Source: Tubiluchus corallicola (lineage: Eukaryota; Animalia; Priapulida). From it: a DNA stretch of 64,000 nucleotides. The notes below the pieces were generated by a model. It searched no databases and had not been told where the DNA came from. It saw nothing but the letters and a program-made list of their open reading frames with translations. Each line of letters begins with the position of its first letter. Position 1 is the stretch's first letter. A program made the translations under genes and the position numbers. The stretch lies in the NCBI GenBank assembly GCA_030141605.1, contig JAQGDQ010000322.1, positions 124,001-188,000 on the forward strand, written 5' to 3'. Below, piece by piece: positions 1 to 36,700 of the stretch.

Positions 1-667
1 TTTATTATCACAAAAAAAATAAAATCAGTGCTTATTCAGATATATTTGACTCAACATGCAGGCCATACCATGACTACAGTTATTGTAACAAAGTAAAAGT
101 ATGTAATTTTTGTTTCAACACGAACATTATCAGCAGAGTTTTTTCATTATTATTTTACTGTACAATTAAAGTATAAATTACCAGATAAGTAGTTTATAAT
201 CTGAATCCACGTAGTAGTGCATAAAATAATTTTTTATTTCAGCATCCATGCAACTTATTATAAAAATACTGTACGTGTATATATTATTCTACAAAATCGT
301 CTGGTATAGTGAAAAAGGCATTGGTAATGATGACGAAAATAAAAACTGTAATACTAAAACAGTAATAACAATATGTTAACTGACATACTAGAAAACGGTG
401 TATTCTGGAATAAACTCAAGCTAATGGTTATTCTCGCCTTTCTAATATTACGCAAGAGTTGTGCTATATAATTATATAAAATTAAATAATATTTGTTCTC
501 ATAATTATGTACTAGGCAATGGATACACAACCCATTTTGTTTTTTAAATTCACACTCTCCACAACTTACAATCTACGCAAAATTCTACCTGCGGCAAATT
601 AAATCATTCATGAATCCTACACAAATTACTATACATGGTTAATGAATTTTGAGAATTTTACTCCTTG

Positions 668-1846
668 TCATTTTAGCTCTTTGTGGATTAGTTGTTTAGG
701 ACGAAGTCGTTTAGGATAGTGTCGAGTTTGGGTTGCTATACCAAGCTTTTTAACAAGTTTAGAGGGCATTTGAAATTTGAAAGCTTCCAAATAAAACCTA
801 TTTAAAAGAATAGTAGGCAAATGTAAGTCTACAACTAGTTGCTGTAGTTTAGAGGCAGATGTATCATCAAAGCTAATTTTCTTTGCCAGTTCTCTAACAC
901 ACAGTTGCTGCAAGTCACTAGTAGCATAACCATACAGTTTTCCAACTAGATTTTGGATATCCGCACAGATTCTAAACTCTGGAAAGTACTTTAATTGTTC
1001 CTTAAGTTCATTTTCAATGCTTGTATCGCCAAAGAAACCATTGTCTACTAGTGAAGATAAGTGATTATATTTCTCCTTGTATTTCTGATTTTGCCTCTTT
1101 GCCCGACGTCCTTGCCCGATGAGGAAGAACATGAGAGGAGAAAATTCAATCCCTAACCCCATCCTTCTGCTTTGATAAGTTGCTCTCATTCCTGTCTTTG
1201 CACCATAGTGGATCAATACTCTTGCTGTTGTAAAATCTCCGTGACACATGCTTAAATGCAGAGGACAACAATAGCTTACAACAGGAGGTGAACACCGTAA
1301 AGGTAAAATTACCTGGTGTTTTACATTGACGTCTGCACCCGCTTCACATAGTAACCGCAACAGCGTTGTCTCACATGGAGTTTTATCTACAAGAGCGTGA
1401 ATAACAGTGTTACCTCTACAAGTTGCATTGACATCGGCCCCATAGCTGATGAAGAGCCGAATGAGCGTTTCTGTTTGTTCTTTATATATTTCTGCTTGGT
1501 GAATTTGTTGCCAGTCTAATCCAATAATGGGAATTGAATAATCAACATGATACATCTTCCAACTTAGATATAAGAAAAGCAGCCTCTGGAATGGAGTATC
1601 AGGGAGTCTGTCAAGTTGCAGGTTTGAGTTTGCTCCATGTTCAACTAAACTCTTTGCCAAAGGAAGATGAATTATCTCTTCATGACCACCTCCAAGAACC
1701 ATGTGAAGTGGGGAGTAGTGGTCTGGTCCTTCGTTCAAGTATTCCTCATTTCTGTGAGCGCTAATTTCCTTCATTGCTTTATTATAATCACCATCTGCAA
1801 TGGCTTTTGTAAGCTCTGTTTCACAGCAAGTTCTGTGTTCTAGCAT
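668..1846 (-). CDS. Intronless ankyrin-repeat protein with C-terminal SOCS-box-like motif (ASB-like), 392 aa
   Basis: Ankyrin motifs (YSPLHMVL..LVEHGANSN, FISYGADVNA..GNTVIHALV, LCEAGADVNV, PLHLSM..LIHYGA). The C-terminal SDLQQLCVREL...LHLPTILL resembles the BC-box plus cullin-box of a SOCS box. Single uninterrupted ORF. Confidence 0.8.
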   Translation of the reverse strand: MLEHRTCCETELTKAIADGDYNKAMKEISAHRNEEYLNEGPDHYSPLHMVLGGGHEEIIHLPLAKSLVEHGANSNLQLDRLPDTPFQRLLFLYLSWKMYHVDYSIPIIGLDWQQIHQAEIYKEQTETLIRLFISYGADVNATCRGNTVIHALVDKTPCETTLLRLLCEAGADVNVKHQVILPLRCSPPVVSYCCPLHLSMCHGDFTTARVLIHYGAKTGMRATYQSRRMGLGIEFSPLMFFLIGQGRRAKRQNQKYKEKYNHLSSLVDNGFFGDTSIENELKEQLKYFPEFRICADIQNLVGKLYGYATSDLQQLCVRELAKKISFDDTSASKLQQLVVDLHLPTILLNRFYLEAFKFQMPSKLVKKLGIATQTRHYPKRLRPKQLIHKELK

Positions 1847-2525
1847 TTAGACACGATTATACATGATGACACTGTCTTGCTAAGAGTAATATTATTTACT
1901 TATTCAACTATATGTTAGGAAATGTGTTCTGCTTGGTAACAGATCAAACTCTTGAAGACGTGTATTCACCCTAAGCTATCTGTGATAACATGTTGACGAA
2001 ATGACTCTTTTATAACATAGCAAGGTGAAGAGTCAATGTATTTATGGCATGTTTTTCATCGTAATGTTTATCAAAGATAAGAGTTGGCCAGAATGAGAAA
2101 GGAACATTTATTTTATGACAAAGACAGGTAAGTCTTACGACAATGTACAGTAGTTTATTATAGGGTCAAAGCATTATTTGTTTTGTTGTACTAGACAACA
2201 TTAATTCGTCATTTACGTTTACAAAAATAAAATTTATGTGGGCTAAACGTTCAGCATGAGCTGATCCAACATAAAACGTTCGCACATCTCTTTTCAATTA
2301 ACGTTTAAAACAAACAATATGATACAATAGGGCTTTGTTGTTTGTTCTGTATTGTTTGATTGTTTCTAACATTGAAGAGAAGCTACAACAAAGCATAGAG
2401 AGGTTCCAGAGTAGACGCCTACAATAGAAATTGAACCAAAAATAGCCAAAACATGCCCGATTATTCAGTTTTGCCGAGCATGCCAATTGGATTTCGTGTC
2501 TAAAACCGAACTGCACATGCGCAGT

Positions 2526-2850
2526 CAGGGCTGTCTTGACAGCATTATAGATCCCCTTGGCAAAGCAGTGCGCTGTGACCTATAACTACGCAACCAGTCA
2601 ATGTAAATGGTCAATAAAATTAAACATAATTTATTGTATCGGTACTTGCCACAAAATCAGTGTTTAAACACTAAAAAACATGCTGCACAACAAAGAATAA
2701 TCAACTTAAACGTTTGAACAACATAACATCAGCCTTGAAAAACACAAATATTTCAACACAGACATTTAGTCACATATTGACATGCATAGATAGGTATGGG
2801 GCCCCTATAATAAGCAACTGCCCGTGTGCCTATGCATTAAGACGACCCTG
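2526..2850. mobile_element. Probable MITE with CAGGG-type terminal inverted repeats
   Basis: Begins cagggctgtctt and ends aagacgaccctg (imperfect inverted repeat). No clear TSD. Confidence 0.4.
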
Positions 2851-3082
2851 TATACAATTTCTAACGACTGTTACATAAATTTGGAAAAATGTCTATCAAT
2901 AGCTTGCTGATTGAAAGTTAGTGAATGAGAGAAAGAGAAATAACATGTTACAACGTTATAAATTATACAGGCGTAACTCTACATAAAGTCCAAAAATAAG
3001 AGGCCTATTTGATTTCAGGCGCCGGTATCAAGTTTACAGTCAGCAAGTGATATATGTAAACGTATTATAAATTAATTAATTG

Positions 3083-3820
3083 ATAGCAAAGGCCCGAAAA
3101 AAATTGCGTATAAATACAGTTATAATCAAAAATGCGTGAACATTCTACCTAGTGTCCGTTTGTTTATCTAACGCAAAGCCAGCAGCAGCAGCTTTTACTG
3201 AATTAAAGTTATAAGACTATAGACAGAGTATAATGGATGACGTCATAACAATGGCTTTGCGTCAGCAGTTATCCAAGCGAAAATTGCCGAAAAGAGAACA
3301 TCTACTTAACTCGTCAGTACTCCTTTTGTTGGACGTGTCCTAAAATATAGCCCACATCACCGTGTAGTCCTGTTCTTCCTCTTTCTAAAGAGTTATATAT
3401 CTCCTCTCGAGAGTCCCACCAGGAGACGCTAGAACGTTTTTTCTGCATGCTGTTTGACCAAAATTTCGAAAAAATCGCGAGTTGGGTCCGGGAAAACGTC
3501 TCGCAAATTCTAAGCACGCCTATGACACCCACCGCTAGAACGGACTATCTATCGATGGCCAGCACCGCCCCCGGCCCATTCCAGTTCTTCAGAAATAAGA
3601 GGTATAAGTTTTGCAAAAAACCATTTTTGACCATTTTTGGAGGTTTTTCGCCCTCCCGTTCTTCCAGACGGGCCCGATTCGAAAAATACACCCCCCAATG
3701 GCACGACACTAGATTGAGACCTTTCGTTTGATGTATAGATCGCCGCAAATGGTGCCGTCATCGGAGCTGTAGCCTTGAATCTTATATATATATATATATA
3801 CCTGTAGAATTAATATGTGA
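3083..3820 (-). mobile_element. Non-autonomous Helitron, degenerate tandem copy
   Basis: Colinear with 3821-4667, same (TA)n near the 5' end, 3' end degenerate (gggcctttgCTAT). Confidence 0.65.
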
Positions 3821-4667
3821 CTAGCAAAGGCCCCGCAAAAGATTTTGCGTAAAAAACCACGTATAAGCAATAACACGCGAAGATCCTACACAGTCCTCAT
3901 TTATAACACAAAGCCCGTAAAGTCCGTAACATCCTGCCTACTTACCTAACGCAAAGCCAGCAGCGTTTACTCCTGCCTACTGTATGTTGCAAAGCAGCTT
4001 TTTGCTGAATTAAAGTTATAGACACAATGGATGACGTCAGCACAATGGAATGCGTCTGCCTTTGCGTCAGCAATTTTCTAAGGCGAAAATTGTCGATAAT
4101 AGAACATCTTATTAACTCGTTGATACCCCTCTCAGTGGACCTGCACTAAAGTATAACCTACATCATCGTGTAGCCCTGTCCTTCCTCTTTGTAAAGAGCC
4201 GTATATCTCCTTCCGAGAGTCCCACCGGGCGACGCTAGAACGTTTTTTCTGCAGGCTGTTTGGTCAAAATTTCGAAAAAATCGCGAGTTGGGTCCGGGAA
4301 AACGCCCGTTGCGGGGCGCCCTGGCCCTCTCGCGAATTCTAAATATGCCTACTACACCCACCGCTGAACCGGCTATCTATCCATACCCAGGACCACCCTC
4401 GGCCCATTCCCGTTCTCTACATCTCAGCCGTATAACTTTTGCAATTTTTTGCAAAAAACGGTCGAAAAAGGGGCATTTTTGGAGGTTTTTCGCCTCCCCC
4501 TCCTCCCGGTGGGCCCGATTCGAAAAATAAACCATCAATGGCACGACACTAGATCGAGACCTTTCGTTTGATATATAGATCGCCGCAAATGGTGCTCTCG
4601 TCGAAGCTGTAGCCTCGAATCTTATATATATATATATATACCAAGAATATTAATATAAGAGTATAGA
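3821..4667 (-). mobile_element. Non-autonomous Helitron
   Basis: On the minus strand it starts A|TCTATACTC and ends with hairpin cgcaaaatcttttgcg about 10 nt before CTAG|T. These are canonical Helitron termini at an AT target. Confidence 0.75.
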
Positions 4668-4747
4668 TAAACTTTCAAAACAAAATGCAACATTTCATAA
4701 TTAAAGAACAATGCGGTCTGCAGTCAACTAAGAACTACGTAACCAAC

Positions 4748-28136
<23,389 letters not shown>

Positions 28137-28499
28137 GCTGTCAATGCAATGCTAGTAGAGATTCCGCTAGCGAAGACGCACTAATTAATCAGTTCTTGAC
28201 AGAGAACTTAAGTAGAAAAGTCCCATCAGTTAATAAAATATTTACAGTATATTATCTTCCCAGGCACGGTGGTTTTAATCATATCTCATAATACCAGTAG
28301 TATGTATATCTCATTGCTAAAAATGAAATATCTGAGACCGTGAATGCAGGCATGGTGGATTAGATGAATGTAGGTAGAAACAGCACAGGAAAAAATGCCA
28401 CAACTGGACAGGTAGGTAAAGTAGCAAAGGAGAAATTTTGCACACTTCGTAAAACATGTGTTATAGGTTAAGGTTACAATGGCGGATAATTATTTTAGT

Positions 28500-28828
28500 T
28501 ATTTTTGTCTCTGGCAAGGAAGCTATCTTCAACACACTTTGTGTGTTTGATTGTTGTGACTGCTAAGACAGTAAGCCTATTACGCAAAAACTACTAAACG
28601 GGTTTCCAAGTAACTTTGTGAAGAAAGGCGGGTATAGGGTTCCAAAATGGGAAGTTTTTTGCAAAACTGACTTAACACCACGTGCAAAAAACATTCGCGA
28701 AGCACTTGGTGTATAGATGTCTCAGAGAGAGTGTTTAGTATTTCTTTCTTGTTATCTCCACCTAGACAAACAACTACGAGTTAGCTCCAGTTGGCAGAAA
28801 TATGATTTCTACTGAGTACATTCTAGTT
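28500..28828 (+). mobile_element. Degenerate Helitron/Helentron-type short element
   Basis: Starts ..ctctggcaaggaagctat.., has a GT-rich tract, and ends ttggcagaaatatgatttctactgagtacattCTAGT. Confidence 0.4.
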
Positions 28829-30759
28829 TTATTATACAAATCAATTACATTAAAATAAAATATGTGCAATTTCACCTACTTTTCCACTTGTGCCATTTTT
28901 ACCTACTTTGCATTTGTGTCAAAATATGTGCCATTTATGGACTTTTCCATTAGTGCCATTTTTACCACACATTGGATTAGACAATATTAGAAGTTTTCGG
29001 TAAAAAAGTTCCACATTAGTTATTGTTCTGTTAAAGTGCCGAACAAGCACTTTGCAAAAAATTGCAGTAACTGGACAATTAACTATAACCAAACATACGT
29101 TATATGACGTAAACTCAATAATGTGTTTCAACGTGTATAAACTTGCTATGGAAAATAATGTCACGCTAGATGTATTTAGAAATCTTCAGGTACTATTCCG
29201 TAAAAAGTTACTTAGCAAATTGTTCAAGTTGTACAGAAAACAGAATTTTAGTTTTTTTATCAAAGAATCAACTGAGAAAAAGATTAGAATGTGGTGTCTT
29301 TTTAAATTAATTGCTTTGTCTTCTTGTATGTAAATAATATCCGTACTTGTTTTTGTTTTGTTGTTGTTGTCAGTGTTTAACATTTATACTTTGCTAAAAA
29401 CTATTTATACTTACAGTGTCTAATATTTATATTTTGCTATTCAGTGTTTAACTTTTTTACTACTAGTTTGCTATTTTTTTTAAATTTAACCGCTTATGTA
29501 ATATAACTGTATATGTAATACGGTAACTTAACTGTATATGTAAATTCGAAAATAAATCATGTTACTAATACGTAGTTATACCATTTATACGTGGTAAGAC
29601 AAGTTTATTGTTTTAATAGCAAGAAGTAAACTAAACAATGATTAAAATGAGTTGACCAGCATCATGAAAATCTCATGGCACATGTACACTAACCACACAC
29701 ACTGTGAACAACAACCTTGCACAGTTTTCTTACACAACTTTTCAATAAACCAAACAGCTGTACGAGATACTTAATTGCAAAAAAACATCAGATTATGTTA
29801 GTCTTTCTCAACGTTTGTTATTTTGACCAGAGCTACAAGTTTACAAGTTTCTCTATGCCAGCTATAAAAACCAAAAAAAAAATTTTGCCACTTTTTCAGT
29901 TTTAACATACGTAACATACATCATCTAAACATAATGAACTCAAAATCGGTCTCAAACTTTCAGACTTCAACATTCATTCTCATCACATTTCTTGTAAAGA
30001 CACAAACAAAATCATCAAAATACAATTAGTTCTGAACATTCACACAAACAAAGTTAGGCAATGGATACCATTGAAAAAATATTCTGCAAATGCATAACCA
30101 GTATAATTATTATATATTATTGTTAGCATTATCTAAAATACATTACATTAATAATTTACCTGCATATTTACAAGCATAAAATACTGAATTGAATACAGCA
30201 TTTTAATAACACGTTTAATAATAAGTTTTTCGTATTTTTATTTGAACTTTCAAAATTTTACAGAGAAAAACACAGACTATTGAAACTCTAAATCGAATCG
30301 ACACACTTAGAAATGCCATAAAAGTTTTGGTCAATGTTTCACAAGCTACGAAGAAGCAAATGTTGTTTTTTACAATTTCCTAAATAGTTTTGTTAAAGTA
30401 CACGATGCATCGTTTACGTACAATCCCTACAACAGCAAACACCAGATCCTGCATTGTCGGTAAGGACACAAGTACTTTTGACTAGCAAACAGAACAAAGT
30501 ACAAAAGATGAAGTGGATTACACACGATATACATTTACTCCATCATGTAACTTGGCAACGTATTGCACAAAATAATAAAGAAGCTGGACCCTATAACGCA
30601 AAATTTGACTCCTAAAATGTTTTGAAATGTAGCACAACTGAAAATATTTTACTAAAAAAAACATCTAACAATAAATTTACAACAAATTGTCTGTATTTAC
30701 TGTATTGTTAACAAACAAAGCACACTTAGTGTACGTAACACAACTACACAAATGTGAAT

Positions 30760-33700
30760 TTATTTCTTGTCAGCTATAGCTTGTTGTACACCGTTCACAG
30801 TTTTAGACTTGAGTACGCCATCTTCAAGTACCGTCACTGTTTCAACACCATTGTCTATCACTCTGGAAAAGAATGGTACAGTATTGAACGTCAAAACAAT
30901 GAAAAGACAATGCACATTAAAACAATGTGCAGTATAATTGGTGCAGTAGTGATCATTACAACAATGTACAGTACAATCCACATTAAAACAATGCGCACTA
31001 TAACTGGTATAGTATGATCATTAAAACAATGTACAGTACAATCCACATTAAACAAATGTACAGTAGAATCCACATTAAAACAATGTGCAGTACAATCAAG
31101 TACTCAACGACCTCACTTACTTATCATGTTGCTGATTGTGGCAGAACCGGGATCTAATTAATTTATCAAGAACACAGAGCTGGCAGATGTGTCTTACCAT
31201 TAGACTTATACACATTCTCCTCCCAATGAGATAAATACTGTAAGCAGTATGGCGGATAAAACTGCCTAAGTGATTTTTCTGGTAGACACCCATGCATTTA
31301 CCAGCCAGGCTCAGCACTGCTTTATTTCCGTTTACTAAGCAGCACATGATGAGTACTCCACCTATATTTCCCATCTTACAATGTCTTATTAATGCCACAA
31401 AACAACATATACCGTATACCATGAAATGAATCTGTGCTGGAAATATGAAATTACACTAGTAATGAAGCCACTCAGCGGCTTCTTAGAGCAGAATGTTAGA
31501 TAATACGAGCACTAATTAGTGCCAGCGCATGTTAGTAATCAGCAAATGAAAGGCGCCGCCTATAGTTGTCGCTTCCTATGCCTTATTCAGACAGTCTTGT
31601 TTTCATTACAATTGATTGCTGCTGACTCTGGCATACTAGTGAAGGCTGAAGATTGTTCAAACACTTTCTCGCGTGTTTTTTTTACTTTTTACATGCTTTT
31701 TTACTCTTTTTGTTGTACTTCTGAGGGAAATAAATACCGTATTTTCCCGTGTATAAGAGACCCTTTTTTGCTCAGAATTTTCACTTTAAAAATAGCGGGT
31801 CTCTTATACATGGGAGTAAGACATTTCAATAAGATGCATAAATTGTGACACTAATGATTTTAAAGAAATAAGTGCTCTACAACTGTTTTATTTCGAATAA
31901 TTATAGTTTCCTTTCAATAAATCTTCTCCATGGCTAAATTCTAATGATAAAATTAATGTACCGGGTAAGTTATTATTTTTTTAAACGTCTCTGGTATTGG
32001 AGAGAAATCGATTGTTCTGCAGCCAATCAACGCATCTGCATAAGCTCTCTGCATGCCCGTCGAGGTCATTGATACGTCGGCAGAGGTCAACGAGATGAGT
32101 CAGCCTAAGCAAGGCGTGTCGCGTTCGACTATGAAGCGGTTGTAAGCAATACAAGCATCGTGACACAGGCATTATCTCCTCGTTTTCCTGTTACAGGTTT
32201 GCAGGTACGCACTTTAATATATACCAGTACTCTTTTTCTACAACACATTAACTGGTTTTATTGTGTTTTCAGTACCGCACTGAGTCGAAAAAAGTTGTAC
32301 TCTACCCTCTAAAAATGTCCGTCTGAAAAAACTTTTTTCCAGAATTTTTGCCTAAAAATTGAAGGGGTCTCTTATACACGGGAAAATACGGTAATATAAT
32401 GTATAATTACAAAATTTAGCTATTCAGGTCATAATCAAAAAGAGTAAGCATTCTCTAACAGAAAGCGAATTTTAAATGAATTGAGTTTCTGGTTTTCAAA
32501 CTGAAACCAAAGCGAATTTCAACAGTTTCGAATACGAATCAAATGCAAATTCAGCTTCAAAAATTTCCGAATAAGTTTTCGAATCGCTAAAATAAGAGCA
32601 CTCTCACAATGATCGTGCATAGTACTTGATTTAGTTCTGCAGTAAAAACACTAATAATTTGTTTGTAAACCGTACACAGAAATCACAGCTAAATTGTTCT
32701 GACTGCATTGTTCTGAAGCAATCTGTCTTTCAAAGAATAAAACACAAATATAACATACCTAGACTTACTCAACGATCCACAGTAACAATGAACAATTTCA
32801 ACCATGGCAGTAACTACAGTGCACATTTTTCACACCATTTATTCATAAACAGTAACATTCCAAAATCAAGTTCTATTTCAGCAGTAGTGGATTTACGTGC
32901 CAAGCAAAAATACATTCATTTCACATCACAGCTCTGATAAATATCTGCCGACTCAGTGTCTCATCTTAGATGGTGTTCAGATATACGATAAAAAACAATT
33001 TCAGCTTTTGTCTTATCAAAGCTGCAGAATTTGCAAAGATCAAAACAAAATATAATGGTAGCTGCTGAACACATGACAGCTCATACAGGAAAAAATATCT
33101 TCACCCATGAATTCTGCTCATAGCAACTTTCATGCACTTTGGAGATTTTGGTAAAACACTAAGACTCTTAAAACGGTAACACCGTGTTTCAAGATAATGT
33201 AAACTTACTTTTTTGTTACTAATTTCTTTCCGTTAATAAACTTTGTGGACGTGGAGGTTTTGCGTACTTTCATTCCTGCTGTTGAGTCTCCTCCCGTGGG
33301 CCGCATACTACTTGAGCTACTGAAGAATGAGGTGAAACCGCTGTAAAATGAAAAACAAACTGCTTGAGTTACTGAAGAATGAGGTGAAACTACTGTAAAA
33401 TGAAAAACAAACTGCTTGAGCAACTGAAGAATGAGGTGAAACTACTGTAAAATGAAAAACAAACTGCTTGAGCAACTGAAGAATGAGGTGAAACTGCTGT
33501 AAAATGAAAAACAAACTGCATTCAGCTACTGAAGAATGAGGTGAAACCGCTGTAAAATGAAAAACAAACTGCATTCAGCTACTGAAGAATGAGGTGAAAC
33601 CGCTGTAAAATGAAAAACAAACTGCTTGAGCTACTGAAGAATGAGGTGAAACCGCTGTAAAATGAAAAACAAACTGCTTGAGCTACTGAAGAATGAGGTG

Positions 33701-36700
33701 AAACCGCTGTAAAATGAAAAACAAACTGCATTCAGCTACTGAAGAATGAGGCGAAACTGCTGTAAAATGAAAAACAAACTGCTTGAACTACTGAAGAATG
33801 AGGCGAAACCGCTGTAAAATGAAAAACAAACTGCTTGAGCTACTGAAGAATGAGGTGAAACCGCCGTAAAATGAAAAACAAACTGCATTCAGCTACTGAA
33901 GAATGAGGTGAAACCGCTGTAAAATGAAAAACAAACTGCTTGAGCTACTGAAGAATGAGGTGAAACCGCTGTAAAATGAAAAACAAACTGTTTGAGCCAC
34001 TGAAGAATGAGGTGAAACCGCTGTAAAATGAAAAACAAACTGCTTGAGCTACTGAAGAATGAGGTGAAACCGCTGTAAAATGAAAAACAAACTGCATTCA
34101 ACTACTGAAGAATGAGGTGAAACCGCTGTAAAATGAAAAACAAACTGCTTGAGCTACTGAAGAATGAGGCGAAACTGCTGTAAAATGAAAAACAAACTGC
34201 TTGAGCTACTGAAGAATGAGGCGAAACCGCTGTAAAATGAAAAACAAACTGCTTGAGCTACTGAAGAATGAGGCGAAACCGCTGTAAAATGAAAAACAAA
34301 CTGCATGAGCTACTGAAGAATGAGGTGAAACCGCTGTAAAATGAAAAACAAACTGCTTGAGCTACTGAAGAATGAGGTGAAACCGCTGTAAAATGAAAAA
34401 CAAACTGCTTGAGCTACTGAAGAATGAGGTGAAACCGCTGTAAAATGAAAAACAAACTGCATTCAGCTACTGAAGAATGAGGTGAAACCGCTGTAAAATG
34501 AAAAACAAACTGCTTGAGCTACTGAAGAATGAGGTGAAACCGCTGTAAAATGAAAAACAAACTGCTTGAGCTACTGAAGAATGAGGCAAAAGTGCTGTAA
34601 AATGAAAAACAAACTGCTTGAGCTACTGAAGAATGAGGTGAAACCGCTGTAAAATGAAAAACAAACTGTTTGAGCTACTGAAGAATGAGGTGAAACCACT
34701 GTAAAATGAAAAACAAACTGCTTGAGCTACTGAAGAATGAGGTGAAACCGCTGTAAAATGAAAAACAAACTGCTTGAGCTACTGAAGAATGAGGTGAAAC
34801 CGCTGTAAAATGAAAAACAAACTGCTTGAGCTACTGAAGAATGACCTAAATGAAAAACAAACTGCATTCAGCTACTGAAGAATGAGGTGAAACTGCTGTA
34901 AAATGAAAAACAAACTGTTTGAGCTACTGAAGAATGAGGTGAAACCGCTGTAAAATGAAAAACAAACTGCTTGAGCTACTGAAGAATGAGGTGAAACCGC
35001 TGTAAAATGAAAAACAAACTGCATTCAGCTACTGAAGAATGAGGTGAAACCGCTGTAAAATGAAAAACAAACTGCTTGAGCTACTGAAGAATGACCTAAA
35101 TGAAAAACAAACTGCATTCAGCTACTGAAGAATGAGGTGAAACTGCTGTAAAATGAAAAACAAACTGCTTGAGCTACTGAAGAATGAGGTGAAACCGCTG
35201 TAAAATGAAAAACAAACTGCTTGAACTACTGAAGAATGAGGCGAAACTGCTGTAAAATGAAAAACAAACTGCATTCAGCTACTGAAGAATGAGGTGAAAC
35301 CGCTGTAAAATGAAAAACAAACTGTTTGAGCTACTGAAGAATGAGGTGAAACCGCTGTAAAATGAAAAACAAACTGCTTGAGCTACTGAAGAATGAGGTG
35401 AAACCGCTGTAAAATGAAAAACAAACTGCATTCAGCTACTGAAGAATGAGGTGAAACCGCTGTAAAATGAAAAACAAACTGCATTCAGCTACTGAAGAAT
35501 GAGGTGAAACCGCTGTAAAATGAAAAACAAACTGCTTGAGCTACTGAAGAATGACCTAAATGAAAAACAAACTGCATTCAGTTACTGAAGAATCAGGTGA
35601 AACCGCTGTAAAATGAAAAACAAACTGCATTCAGCTACTGAAGAATGAGGTGAAACCGCTGTAAAATGAAAAACAAACTGCTTGAGCTACTGAAGAATGA
35701 CCTAAATGAAAAACAAACTGCATTCAGCTACTGAAGAATGAGGTGAAACTGCTGTAAAATGAAAAACAAACTGTTTGAGCTACTGAAGAATGAGGTGAAA
35801 CCGCTGTAAAATGAAAAACCAACTGCTTGAGCTACTGAAGAATGAGGTGAAACTGCTGTAAAATGAAAAACAAACTGCTTGAGCTACTGAAGAATGAGGT
35901 GAAACCGCTGTAAAATGAAAAACAAACTTCTTGAGCTACTGAAGAATGAGGTGAAACCGCTGTAAAATGAAAAAGAAACTGCATTCAGCTACTGAAGAAT
36001 GAGGTGAAACCGCTGTAAAATGAAAAACAAACTGCATTCAGCTACTGAAGAATGAGGTGAAACCGCTGTAAAATGAAAAACAAACTGCTTGAGCTACTGA
36101 AGAATGACCTAAATGAAAAACAAACTGCATTCAGCTACTGAAGAATGAGGTGAAACTGCTGTAAAATGAAAAACAAACTGTTTGAGCTACTGAAGAATGA
36201 GGTGAAACCGCTGTAAAATGAAAAACCAACTGCTTGAGCTACTGAAGAATGAGGTGAAACTGCTGTAAAATGAAAAACAAACTGTTTGAGCTACTGAAGA
36301 ATGAGGTGAAACTGCTGTAAAATGAAAAACAAACTGCTTGAGCTACTGAAGAATGAGGTGAAACCGCTGTAAAATGAAAAACAAACTGCTTGAGCTACTG
36401 AAGAATGAGGTGAAACCGCTGTAAAATGAAAAAGAAACTGCATTCAGCTACTGAAGAATGAGGTGAAACCGCTGTAAAATGAAAAACAAACTGCTTGAGC
36501 TACTGAAGAATGAGGCGAAACTGCTGTAAAATGAAAAACAAACTGCATTCAGCTACTGAAGAATGAGGTGAAACCGCTGTAAAATGAAAAACAAACTGCT
36601 TGAGCTACTCTTTAATGAGGCGAAACTGCTGTAAAATGAAAAACAAACTGCTTGAGCTACTGAAGAATGAGGCGAAACTGCTGTAAAATGAAAAACAAGC

